A stretch of 64,000 bases of DNA. Origin: Actinomycetota bacterium (GTDB taxonomy: Bacteria; Margulisbacteria; Marinamargulisbacteria; GCA-2716485; GCA-002719695). Below the pieces are notes generated by a model. That model worked only from the letters and a program-made list of their open reading frames with translations, was not told the DNA's origin and ran no database searches. This document shows positions 1-9,566 of the stretch, piece after piece. Location of the stretch: NCBI GenBank assembly GCA_002697535.1, contig NZWE01000008.1:5796-69795 (forward strand). The letters run 5' to 3'. The first letter of the stretch is position 1. Each line of letters starts with the position of its first letter. The translations under genes and the position numbers were made by a program.

Positions 1-264
1 CTTGATAGTGTCATGCTCTTTTCTACCTGGGAAGTTGAACAACATAAATTGTTACATAAATTATTATCTCAAAAGAAATTACTGATCATTCAACACTGCA
101 TTTCTAACTGCGAGGATCCTCAGGGTGTTACTAAAGCTTATATTGAATCTTTGTATGGAGCCAGCTTAAGCTCATTTAAACAGGATCTATCCTCATTAAT
201 TGGGATTGAATCTATTTCATTATCAGCGTTATCAGTGGTAATTAACAAATTAACATTACTATAA
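1..264 (+). CDS. hypothetical protein; 3' end of an ORF open to the left window edge
   Basis: Frame 1 has no stop from nt 1 to the TAA at 262-264. The listed ORF (13..264) merely starts at an internal Met. No recognisable motif. Confidence 0.3.
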   Translation, partial: LDSVMLFSTWEVEQHKLLHKLLSQKKLLIIQHCISNCEDPQGVTKAYIESLYGASLSSFKQDLSSLIGIESISLSALSVVINKLTLL

Positions 265-478
265 AACTATAACGATACGCATTGCTCCTGACCAACTATC
301 TAAATTAGTAGAAGTGTAATCCAGTGTAACTGGATGTCGACAACCGTTCTCCATACTTTCTTCACTATATCTACCTCTTTTTCTATGTGCACATTTGCTG
401 TCATTCACTTTATAGATTGATCTGGCCTATCTTTGATTTCTAATTTTGTGTTCGGTTTTTTATAATATCTTTGTATGA

Positions 479-631
479 TTAGTTTTTAGAAATAAACTCA
501 TTCATATCTTTTAAGGCTTCTTTGGCTATTTCGGTCTTATTTTTTATAGCAGATGCACGAACAAAGAAGACACCTTCTAAAATGATGATATCATTTGATG
601 ATTCTAATTTATCTTCTTTACTAGATTGCAT
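479..631 (-). CDS. small hypothetical protein (50 aa), below the ORF-track size cutoff
   Basis: Hand translation gives MQSSKEDKLESSNDIIILEGVFFVRASAIKNKTEIAKEALKDMNEFISKN. On the minus strand the ATG is preceded by TATAGT-AAGGAG-TTGCAAG, a strong Shine-Dalgarno with a 7-nt spacer. Divergent from miaA. Confidence 0.4.
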   Translation of the reverse strand: MQSSKEDKLESSNDIIILEGVFFVRASAIKNKTEIAKEALKDMNEFISKN

Positions 632-693
632 CTTGCAACTCCTTACTATAAAACTGTATAGTTATTGATTGTCTTATTAAAAAAGTACCGAAA

Positions 694-1593
694 ATGAGCC
701 ATTTTAAAACATTGAATTTTTTTGATATAAATTTCGACAAACCAATAATTTATATTATTGGACCTACGGCAATTGGCAAATCTGAACTTGCGTTATCGCT
801 TGCTCAACACCTTAAAACTGAGATTATTTCGGCTGATTCATATCAAGTTTATCAAGGTATGGATATTGGCACTGCAAAAGTATCTAAGAATGACCGCTTA
901 TTAGTACCTCATCACCTTATTGATACCCACTTACCAGATCAACCTTATAATGTTACTGATTTTTTACGCTATTGTAATGACTACCTTCAATCCAATAAAC
1001 AAGTCATTATATGTGGGGGAAATGGCTTATTCTTACGATCATTTCTCTATCGTTATGAATTTCCTAAAGCAAAAAGTGACCCTAATATACGTCAATCGCT
1101 TATGCATGATTATGATAAAGGCCTTAAGCAATCCTTATGGGACAAGCTACATTCCGCTGATCCTAAAGCAGCGGCTAATATCCATATTAATAACAAACAT
1201 CAATTAATTAGAGCTTTAGAAATTTATCATATTACTCAACAACCTCCATCTTCTATTAAGCTCCAAAATGCTACCCCTCGCGATGATGTTACCGTTTTAG
1301 GTTTAACATGTGATAGAAATGTGGTAACTCAACGTATAGATGAACGAGTTGATATTATGATTAATAATGGTCTTATTGATGAAGTTAAACACTTACTTGA
1401 TGTTGGTTATACACCAAGTCTTCCTGCACTCAACTGTATTGGATATAAAGAAACCATTCAGTATTTACATGGTAGTATTACTCGAGATGAAATGATAAGA
1501 TTAATTAAAATTCATACTCATCAATTCTCAAAACGTCAAATGACATGGTTTAAAAAAATAGATAATGTTTTCTGGAATGTTTCATCTAAATAA
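694..1593 (+). CDS. miaA: tRNA dimethylallyltransferase
   Basis: P-loop IIGPTAIGKSELAL followed by ISADSYQVYQGMDIGTAK and HHLID, the typical MiaA N-terminal signature. Length 299 aa. Confidence 0.9.
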   Translation: MSHFKTLNFFDINFDKPIIYIIGPTAIGKSELALSLAQHLKTEIISADSYQVYQGMDIGTAKVSKNDRLLVPHHLIDTHLPDQPYNVTDFLRYCNDYLQSNKQVIICGGNGLFLRSFLYRYEFPKAKSDPNIRQSLMHDYDKGLKQSLWDKLHSADPKAAANIHINNKHQLIRALEIYHITQQPPSSIKLQNATPRDDVTVLGLTCDRNVVTQRIDERVDIMINNGLIDEVKHLLDVGYTPSLPALNCIGYKETIQYLHGSITRDEMIRLIKIHTHQFSKRQMTWFKKIDNVFWNVSSK

Positions 1594-3685
1594 AGATCAA
1601 TTAAAGCAATATATAATATATGCTGTCTTAGCATTGGCAGTGCTTATCAACACGGCTATTATCTACAGTCCTTTTATCCCCAAAAATATTAATTTAGAAG
1701 TCAATGATACAGCACTTAGCACCATTACCGCTCCTCGTTATATAGAATTTGAATCTCGCCAAGATAAAATAGCAAATAAAAAAACCCAAAATCATATTAA
1801 AAACACCATCCCTCCCGTTTATTCAATTAATCAAACGATTAATAGCGCTATCATTGAAAATATAGCTTTATTTTTTGATGATATTGCATCTAACCCTATG
1901 GATAAATTAAGTATCTATATTTCTCAAATTTTATCATCAGAGGATACATTTTATTTAAAATCCATTTCCAATGATATGTTTCAGCAATTAAAAAGTGATA
2001 CTCTTTCTATAACAAACACCTTATTATCTAGCGGAATTAAAGAAATTAATCATGCCGTTGTCAAAACATCTGTTTCTGAATCATTGCAATCTTACGATCC
2101 TAATCTACAAAATATTGCTTATCATATTATTACGCATTACTTACAACCTAATCTTACTATTGATCAAGAGCAAACCAATCTTATTATTAAACAAGCATTA
2201 TCATCTCAAATAAAACAAACATCCATTTATAAAAAAGGACAACCGATTATTTATCAAGGAGAGCGTATAAATGGAGCTCAAATTGAAGTCTTTAAAGCAC
2301 TGAATATGTACCATAGCAAAGCTAGTTATATTGAACTTTTTGGTATCTTTATTTTTACCCTAATTGGCATTCTTATACTGGATCGATTTATTTATTATTT
2401 TTATAAACGAGCTTACTTTCTAAAATATATCTGCTTAAGTTTATTGGTTTTAACCCTTCTCGTTTTAATTGGGCGTTTAAGCTTACTTCCTACTTATCTT
2501 CCTTCTGATGTACTTATTTATCTACTTATCCCCATATCTATCTCTTCTATGCTATTAACCTTTCTTGTTTCATCTAATATTGCTCTAATTACAGGAACTT
2601 TAATTAGTATTTTTATTAGTCTTTTATTTAATATGAGTTTTGACGTCTTTATATTTTTATTTCTTAGTACTTGTTTTACGACCTTTACCGTTTTAAAAGC
2701 CTATAAACGATCTGACTTAATTTTATCTGGATACTTCATTGGCGCATTTAATATTTTTTGTATAATTGGGATTGGCCTTCTATCTAAAGAAACCAGTTAT
2801 TCTTGGTATGGTATTAATGCTCTTTTTGCCTTTGGAAATGGTGTTTTCTCAGCAATGGTTACGCTTGCAATTTTACCTTATTTTGAACTTTTATTTAAAA
2901 TTACAACGAACCAAACATTACTTGAACTTGCTAATTTAAATCATCCTTTACTAAAACGCCTGATGATGGATGCCCCTGGTACCTATCAACATAGCTTGAT
3001 GGTTGCTAATCTTTCGGAAGCAGCAGCCGAATCTATTGGTGCTAATAATATTTTGTGTCGTGTTGGTAGTTATTTTCATGATATTGGTAAATTAAAACGA
3101 CCTGTGTTTTTTTCTGAAAATCAATTTTCAGAAGATAATCCTCATGAAACAATAGCTCCTCGTATTAGTAAAATGATTATTCTATCTCACGTTAAAGAAG
3201 GTGCTGATTTAGCTATTAAACATAAACTGCCTACTGTACTTAAAGATCTTATTGAACAACATCATGGCACCTCATTGTTGTCGGTATTTTATACTCAAGC
3301 TATATCAAAAGAAGGTCAAGTCCCTACAACTGATGATGAATTTAGATATTCAGGGCCAAAACCACAAACCAAAGAAGCAGGCATTCTTATGTTGGCTGAT
3401 TCTGTAGAAGCGGCTACTCGTTCTATTGAAAAAATAACACCTCAAAAAATCGAAAATATGATTAACAAAATTTTTAAAGATAAAATGGATGATTTACAAC
3501 TATCTGAATGCCCTCTTAGTTTAAATGAAATTTTTACGATTAAATCTAGCTTTTTATATTTATTTAGAGGCATTCAACATAATCGAGTTGATTATGTTAA
3601 AGAAGTCGAAAAACTTAATTCTCAAGATAATTCTCAAAAAAATTCTGATGATGATATTACATCTACTGACATTAAAAAATCATAA
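1565..3685 (+). CDS. pgpH: 7TM-receptor/HD-domain membrane phosphohydrolase (PgpH/YqfF family, cyclic-di-AMP phosphodiesterase-like)
   Basis: Extracytoplasmic N-domain, multi-pass hydrophobic core, then an HD domain with YQHSLMVANL, YFHDIGKLKRP and EQHHGTS. Sits in the conserved pgpH-ybeY-dgkA-corC arrangement. Confidence 0.8.
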   Translation: MFSGMFHLNKDQLKQYIIYAVLALAVLINTAIIYSPFIPKNINLEVNDTALSTITAPRYIEFESRQDKIANKKTQNHIKNTIPPVYSINQTINSAIIENIALFFDDIASNPMDKLSIYISQILSSEDTFYLKSISNDMFQQLKSDTLSITNTLLSSGIKEINHAVVKTSVSESLQSYDPNLQNIAYHIITHYLQPNLTIDQEQTNLIIKQALSSQIKQTSIYKKGQPIIYQGERINGAQIEVFKALNMYHSKASYIELFGIFIFTLIGILILDRFIYYFYKRAYFLKYICLSLLVLTLLVLIGRLSLLPTYLPSDVLIYLLIPISISSMLLTFLVSSNIALITGTLISIFISLLFNMSFDVFIFLFLSTCFTTFTVLKAYKRSDLILSGYFIGAFNIFCIIGIGLLSKETSYSWYGINALFAFGNGVFSAMVTLAILPYFELLFKITTNQTLLELANLNHPLLKRLMMDAPGTYQHSLMVANLSEAAAESIGANNILCRVGSYFHDIGKLKRPVFFSENQFSEDNPHETIAPRISKMIILSHVKEGADLAIKHKLPTVLKDLIEQHHGTSLLSVFYTQAISKEGQVPTTDDEFRYSGPKPQTKEAGILMLADSVEAATRSIEKITPQKIENMINKIFKDKMDDLQLSECPLSLNEIFTIKSSFLYLFRGIQHNRVDYVKEVEKLNSQDNSQKNSDDDITSTDIKKS

Positions 3686-4107
3686 TGGCTGTTTCCTATT
3701 CTGTTCATTACCAAACACCTTTTTCTCATACCTTTAATGCCGATTTATTTATTAAGACAGCATTTAACTTAAAACATATCTGTGACGGTTCTATAGAATT
3801 TACTTTTGTTGATGATGACTTTATGGTTTCACTTCATAAATCTTACTTAAATGATACATCTAAAACAGATATTATGACGTTTAATTTAAACTCATTAATC
3901 AATCCTATTGGAGACATTTATATTTGTATTAACGAAGCTGAACGTAATTCACATCAATATCACACATCATTAGATTATGAAATTCAATTTCTTATCTTAC
4001 ATGGCATTTTACATCTTATTGGCTATACCGATGAAACTGATTTTGAAAAAAACTATATGCTTGATGAACAAAATCGTTTATTAAATCTTATCCACCCCCT
4101 CATTTAA
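3685..4107 (+). CDS. ybeY: rRNA maturation endoribonuclease YbeY
   Basis: Motif HGILHLIGYTDE matches the YbeY metal-binding signature HGxLHLxGYDH (third His position differs). 140 aa. ATG overlaps the pgpH stop. Confidence 0.85.
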   Translation: MAVSYSVHYQTPFSHTFNADLFIKTAFNLKHICDGSIEFTFVDDDFMVSLHKSYLNDTSKTDIMTFNLNSLINPIGDIYICINEAERNSHQYHTSLDYEIQFLILHGILHLIGYTDETDFEKNYMLDEQNRLLNLIHPLI

Positions 4108-4110
4108 GTT

Positions 4111-4497
4111 ATGAAACTTCATTCTTTTTTATACTCACTTAAGATGGCTATTAATGGATTGCGAACAGCCTTACATAGAGAAAATAACTTTCAAATTCAG
4201 GTTATGATAATGATTACTGTTCTATTACTTAGCTTTCTTCTGTCTTTGTCTATTATTGAATGGTGTATTATACTTTTTTGTATTGGAATGGTATTATGTA
4301 TTGAATTAATGAATACATCAATTGAATATTTAGCTAATCTATATAATTCTCATTATGATTTAAGAATAAAACGAATTAAGGATATATCTGCTGCTAGTGT
4401 CTTATTGGTTAGTCTTATTTCAGGTATTATAGGAGGGCTTATTCTAATCCCAAAATGTTTAAACTTTGCTAAAAGTTGGAAGGTTCTACTATATTGA
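4111..4497 (+). CDS. dgkA: diacylglycerol kinase (prokaryotic DgkA family)
   Basis: RENNFQIQV, three TM helices and IELMNTSIEYLAN ... IKDISAASVL match the DAGK_prokar pattern (E-x-x-NT-x-IE ... KD-x-x-A-x-x-V). Confidence 0.8.
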   Translation: MKLHSFLYSLKMAINGLRTALHRENNFQIQVMIMITVLLLSFLLSLSIIEWCIILFCIGMVLCIELMNTSIEYLANLYNSHYDLRIKRIKDISAASVLLVSLISGIIGGLILIPKCLNFAKSWKVLLY

Positions 4498-5780
4498 TTG
4501 ATATACTTTTTGTTAAAACCATAATATTTGTACTTTTTATTTTCTTGTCAGCCTTTTTTTCTGCTGCAGAAACAGCCTTTACTGCTATCAATAGAATTAA
4601 ACTTCGTTCAATAATCCAAGCACAAAAAAAACAAGCACATCATATTGAATTTTTACTTCAACATCCTAAAAAACTATTAACGGCTATCCTGATTGGCAAT
4701 AATCTTGCCAACATTGCAGCAACTACTTTTGCTACTGCCTTTTTTATTGACCTATTACGTTCTATCGGGTTTACCAATATAGCAGCCATGCTAGGTATTA
4801 TTACTGTTTTAGTCACCTTTATTTTATTAGTTTTTGGAGAAATCACCCCTAAAACACTAGCTATGAAAAACCCGTCTAAGTGGGCCTTTAATATTTCCTC
4901 TATTATTTATTATATCTATTTTATCGAATATCCATTTATTTGGCTGTTTTACTCTATTACCAAATTACTTAGTTCTATTTTTGGGATTCAAACTACGGGT
5001 TCATCTCAACTTTCTGAAGAAGAAATTAAACTCCTTATTCAACTAGGCCAAGAAGAAGGCATTTTAGAAAAAGAAGAACAAAAAATGCTTCATGGTGTTA
5101 TTAATGTTTTTGATAAGGTTGTTCGAGAAATTATGACACCTCGTACTGATATGATCTGTTTAGAACGATCGAGTTCCATTGCCGAAGCTATTGATATTAT
5201 CCGCTCAAAGGGGCATTCTAGAATCCCTATTTATGAAGAAAAAATTGATAATATTATTGGGTTTGTTTACGCAAAGGATCTTCTTTATGCCAATCATTCT
5301 AATCAAGCTAATCTACTTCATAATTTTATGAGAGAAGCTGTCTTTATTCCTGAAACAAAACAAATTCAATCTTTATTACAACAAATGCGTAAAAAAAAGT
5401 TTCATTTATCAATTGTTGTTGATGAACACGGTGGTGTTGCTGGACTTGTTACAATGGAAGATATTATTGAAGAAATTGTTGGAGAAATACAAGATGAATA
5501 TGATAATGAAAAACTATCTATTAAAAAATTAACATCATCTCGTTATATCATTGATGCCGCTGTTCGTATTGAAGAACTTTCTGAAACATTAGGATATCAA
5601 TTTCCAGAAGATGAAGATTATGATACGGTTGCTGGTTTTATTCTTGCTCAAATTGGATCTTTTCCTAAAAAAAATGATAAAATTTCTTATAAACATTTTG
5701 ATTTTATTGTAAGAGACATTAAGAATAGACGTATCATTGCTTTTGATGTCATTATTCATAAAGAAAAATCTAGTTCGTAA
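4476..5780 (+). CDS. DUF21/CBS-pair/CorC_HlyC transporter-associated protein (hemolysin C / CorC family)
   Basis: N-terminal DUF21 TM region (FFSAAETAF, GEITPKT), a CBS pair (VREIMTPRTDM ... HSRIPIY) and a C-terminal CorC_HlyC domain. The track start is a TTG, so the start is uncertain. Confidence 0.85.
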   Translation: MEGSTILIDILFVKTIIFVLFIFLSAFFSAAETAFTAINRIKLRSIIQAQKKQAHHIEFLLQHPKKLLTAILIGNNLANIAATTFATAFFIDLLRSIGFTNIAAMLGIITVLVTFILLVFGEITPKTLAMKNPSKWAFNISSIIYYIYFIEYPFIWLFYSITKLLSSIFGIQTTGSSQLSEEEIKLLIQLGQEEGILEKEEQKMLHGVINVFDKVVREIMTPRTDMICLERSSSIAEAIDIIRSKGHSRIPIYEEKIDNIIGFVYAKDLLYANHSNQANLLHNFMREAVFIPETKQIQSLLQQMRKKKFHLSIVVDEHGGVAGLVTMEDIIEEIVGEIQDEYDNEKLSIKKLTSSRYIIDAAVRIEELSETLGYQFPEDEDYDTVAGFILAQIGSFPKKNDKISYKHFDFIVRDIKNRRIIAFDVIIHKEKSSS

Positions 5781-5821
5781 ACCGTTGCTCAATTAGGTCT
5801 TAACATTGTATCCTTTACCAC

Positions 5822-8146
5822 ATGAAGGATTCGTCTAAATTAAATTTATCATTATCACGTTTTTTAAAAAAACAGTATCCTGATAGCTTTAAATTTAATC
5901 AAATGATTGTCCAAAAAGGAATTGCTAATGCTTCTATTATTTCTGAACATATGTACCGATCATGGCCTTTTTGGATTTCAAAACAATTAAAACCTGATCA
6001 AACTCCTCATATCAGTGATACGAACCTACTAGGTCTTATCAATACAAAACATAGAAACTGGACCTATATCAGTAGCCCTAACTCTGATAATGCCGCCATT
6101 ATAGATCCTGCTGGACTCATTTATGTAAAAGGAAAATCATACTCAATAGATTTTTGGATTAGTAACTCTAATTCACTTTTTATCCCTTCTCATAAAGATG
6201 ATATTCGCCAGCAATATATCCCAGAATCAAATAGCGTTTTAACATCATTTTCTTTGTCTCAACTTGATATAGAATCTCATGTTATGTTTAACCAATTGCC
6301 CAGTAATCTTGATTTTGTATTTTGCAACTATAAACTTACAAATAATACCAAGAAAAACATTAAATTTTCTTTTTATATCGCTATTCGTCCTTTTGATTTT
6401 GAAGGTGTCACTGATATTCAATCGATACAATACCTACAAGATGGTATTTTTATGGTTGATAAACAATTAGGAATCGTTTTAGATAAACAACCCGATAATA
6501 TTGTTTGCCTGGCTCATCACGAAGGTGATGTTAGTGAGCATTTTAATAAATTAGAAATGATTTTTAATGCCTCTTGCCCACTTAAAAAGGTGTCTGCGTT
6601 TGCTGAATATCGTCTAGTCATTGCGCCTAACAAAGATATCTCTTTAACATTTAAAATTCCGTGTATGACACGTCTCTTTCCTCAACTAAAAATACCTTTT
6701 TTAAATCAACAATCACCTTCAGATTTAGTTCAAAAAACATATCAATCGTTTACATTTGATAAATCACTTAAAGAATTATCATTTTATAACTCTGATTTAC
6801 GTAATCAAGATATGTCATTTTCATTTCCGGATGCTCACTTAACACAATTTATTCATTCTCAATTTTCATTTTTAATTTCCTCTCTTCATACGAACTCCTT
6901 TAAACATGGTTATTATCAAGAATTAAATCATTGTCCATTTGATCACCTTTTCTTTATGAATTCACTTTATCTTGCAGGATACAAACCATCCTTATATTCT
7001 CATATTTTTTCAGTAAAATATCTTAATAAGGTTTATTCACATTTAAAATCTAAACAACTTTCTTTTACTGACTGCTCTTCTTGGTTTGAAAATTTATTAG
7101 GCTTATTCAATAGTAATGTTATTACTATTACTCATGATATGTATAAAGTATTATTTAAAATTATCATGCTGGGCTTAAATCAATTTAAATTTTATGATGA
7201 TCTTGAATTTAAAACGCTGCCTGCTCGCTCTAGCTCTAAGCATCCACCCTCTTTTTTCTTATCTGATGTTATAGGGTTATTTGGTTGCTTACATTTTTTC
7301 AAACTACTATCTCAAAAATTACCTTATGGGAATTTAGACATTATTAATAACGCTAATTTAAATCATTATAGTGCCTTATTAGAGGATTCTATCGAAACGT
7401 TTTGCAGTGCTGTTTCTAGTAAAATTGCTTTAAATAATGTTGTTCCTGTTTCTTCTACCCAATATATTTCCTTAGATTTAATTAAAACACTTTCTTTATA
7501 TGTTACATTTTTTCCAAACAAAAATAACTATATCAAAAATACAATTTTAAATATTCAAAAGCATTTAGCTTATAACCAATTAATCTTTTCCATGATTAAC
7601 CCTTCTGGATTTCCATTATCTTACAATTTAGATTATATACAATTACTGATTAAACTAGATCCTAAAAATGTATTTAATATCATCACTAAGCTTTTATCCT
7701 ACGCAACCTCTACCTTTACATTTCCAGATACTATCCATCCAATTACAAAAGGTGGGAGTGAAGGTGATGGCCATACTATCAAACATGGTGTTTTACTTAC
7801 GCAGTATATCTTTGATACGATTCTTTCTCAAAATGATAAAAACCTTATCTTGTTTCCTGCAATACCAGCTGAATGGTTAGCTAACCATTCTTGGCATATT
7901 AATAACTATAAAATAGGTAAAGAAACTATATCCTTATCTATTAAACAATCCCCTACTGAAACAACACTTGATATTACGTTTTCAAACAAAAAATTATTTA
8001 GTTTTTTTATAATTCATACCCATTCTCACTATAAGTCTTTTATACTTAATGATACTGAAATTGCTATCAAATCTCCTACGATTAAAATACCTGGATCTGA
8101 AACATGTATCCGTCTCATTAAACATGATGTCAAATCAACCTTCTAG
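5822..8146 (+). CDS. hypothetical protein (774 aa orphan)
   Basis: Long uninterrupted ORF with no signal peptide and no motif I can name. The C-terminal pattern (LILFPAIPAEWL ...) vaguely recalls (alpha/alpha)6 glycoside-hydrolase tails, but this is not supported further. Confidence 0.55.
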   Translation: MKDSSKLNLSLSRFLKKQYPDSFKFNQMIVQKGIANASIISEHMYRSWPFWISKQLKPDQTPHISDTNLLGLINTKHRNWTYISSPNSDNAAIIDPAGLIYVKGKSYSIDFWISNSNSLFIPSHKDDIRQQYIPESNSVLTSFSLSQLDIESHVMFNQLPSNLDFVFCNYKLTNNTKKNIKFSFYIAIRPFDFEGVTDIQSIQYLQDGIFMVDKQLGIVLDKQPDNIVCLAHHEGDVSEHFNKLEMIFNASCPLKKVSAFAEYRLVIAPNKDISLTFKIPCMTRLFPQLKIPFLNQQSPSDLVQKTYQSFTFDKSLKELSFYNSDLRNQDMSFSFPDAHLTQFIHSQFSFLISSLHTNSFKHGYYQELNHCPFDHLFFMNSLYLAGYKPSLYSHIFSVKYLNKVYSHLKSKQLSFTDCSSWFENLLGLFNSNVITITHDMYKVLFKIIMLGLNQFKFYDDLEFKTLPARSSSKHPPSFFLSDVIGLFGCLHFFKLLSQKLPYGNLDIINNANLNHYSALLEDSIETFCSAVSSKIALNNVVPVSSTQYISLDLIKTLSLYVTFFPNKNNYIKNTILNIQKHLAYNQLIFSMINPSGFPLSYNLDYIQLLIKLDPKNVFNIITKLLSYATSTFTFPDTIHPITKGGSEGDGHTIKHGVLLTQYIFDTILSQNDKNLILFPAIPAEWLANHSWHINNYKIGKETISLSIKQSPTETTLDITFSNKKLFSFFIIHTHSHYKSFILNDTEIAIKSPTIKIPGSETCIRLIKHDVKSTF

Positions 8147-9470
8147 TGAATCAATAGAAGTTACCAAGCTTGTCAATGGCGGTTATGGGTTAGCTTATTA
8201 TCATAAAAGACCATTGTTTATTCCTAAAACTGTTCCGGGTGATCATGTCCAGGTTTTGTTAACTCGCAAAAAAAAATATTACTCGTTTGCAAAAGTTATT
8301 CGTTATATAAAAAAATCTCCTTTAAGACAACTCGATACATGTATCCACTCTAATGAATGTGGTGGATGCCAATTTCAAGATATTGACTATTCAAACCAAC
8401 TTAATCTAAAACAAGATTGTCTTCATGACACAATTACGCATGATGCCCCATTTTTATTACCTTATTTAAAGCCAATTATTCCTTGTAAAACAACTCATTA
8501 TCATCGAAATAAAATGGAATTTGCTTTTTATCAATCGGAAAGCTTAGAGCTAGGGCTTAAAGAACAACTAAACCCTACTTCGGTTATTCCTGTTTCACAA
8601 TGTCTCTTAATGTCAGAAACCTCTAATGATATTCTTAACTTTACACGAAACTTCTTTGAAAAATCTAAATTAAGTGTTTGGAATTCTCGCAAACAAATGG
8701 GCTGCTTAAGTCACTTAATGATTAGGCATTCAAAAGCATTTGATACTTACATGGTTAATATTTTAGCAAGTTCCTATGAACCCTTATTTTCTGATTATGC
8801 ACTTTCTTTAAGTCAACAATTTCCTCAGATAAAATCTATTAATTTGTTAAAATTCATACAAAAGAAAGGTATTCCATCCTCTACATCTTGCCATCACTTA
8901 CATGGTGATTCCTTCATTTTTGAAACTATTAATAATCTTACCTTCCGTATTTCTCCACTATCTTTTTTTCAAACAAACAGTCTTCAAGTTGGAACCTTAT
9001 ATGACATTATTAAGGATTCATGTTCTTTAGAACCCGGCCAAACGCTACTGGATTTATATTGTGGAACCGGCACAATTGGTCAATATGTTAGTCAAGGTAA
9101 GTATAACTTAATAGGGATCGATGAAATCTCTGAAGCGATTGAGGATGCAAAAGAAAATGCTCGTTTTAATAATATTGATAATACTACCTACTTTTCTGGT
9201 AGAGTGAAAAATATCTTAAAGTTTAACTCGTTCTCTCCTGATTGTGTTATTATCGATCCTCCCCGATCTGGGATGGTTCCAAAGGCACTTAAGCGTGTTT
9301 GTGAACTTAATTGCAAGCAATTAGTTTATGTTTCTTGTAACCCAGTTAGCCTTGTACGCGATCTTAAATTGCTAAGAGACTATGGGTATCATGTTACTAA
9401 TTTTACTCCTGTTGATATGTTCCCTCATACTTATCATCTTGAATGTGTGGTTTCTCTTACACTAAATTAA
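8124..9470 (+). CDS. rlmD: 23S rRNA (uracil-C5)-methyltransferase, RlmD/RumA family
   Basis: N-terminal TRAM-like domain, Fe-S Cys cluster CIHSNECGGCQFQ, SAM motif DLYCGTGTIG, DPPRSG and VYVSCNP. Start moved to the ATGATG at 8124 (MMSNQPSS); the track start at 8049 lies inside the upstream gene. Confidence 0.8.
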   Translation: MMSNQPSSESIEVTKLVNGGYGLAYYHKRPLFIPKTVPGDHVQVLLTRKKKYYSFAKVIRYIKKSPLRQLDTCIHSNECGGCQFQDIDYSNQLNLKQDCLHDTITHDAPFLLPYLKPIIPCKTTHYHRNKMEFAFYQSESLELGLKEQLNPTSVIPVSQCLLMSETSNDILNFTRNFFEKSKLSVWNSRKQMGCLSHLMIRHSKAFDTYMVNILASSYEPLFSDYALSLSQQFPQIKSINLLKFIQKKGIPSSTSCHHLHGDSFIFETINNLTFRISPLSFFQTNSLQVGTLYDIIKDSCSLEPGQTLLDLYCGTGTIGQYVSQGKYNLIGIDEISEAIEDAKENARFNNIDNTTYFSGRVKNILKFNSFSPDCVIIDPPRSGMVPKALKRVCELNCKQLVYVSCNPVSLVRDLKLLRDYGYHVTNFTPVDMFPHTYHLECVVSLTLN

Positions 9471-9566
9471 AAATTCTTTACCCATATATATGCAGGATTA
9501 TGCTTATAAATCTATCGCGTATTTACTTGAACATGATAGATAAACTAAGTTACACTGAATTGACGT

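Noticed and set aside
920-1207. 95-aa plus-strand ORF in an alternative frame inside miaA
   Set aside because: It lies entirely within the well-supported miaA reading frame. Its composition is low-complexity and hydrophobic, typical of an off-frame AT-rich translation.
8049-8123. Upstream extension of the rlmD ORF (track start at 8049)
   Set aside because: The extension lies inside the preceding 774-aa gene and encodes a non-homologous leader. The TRAM domain begins right after the ATGATG at 8124.
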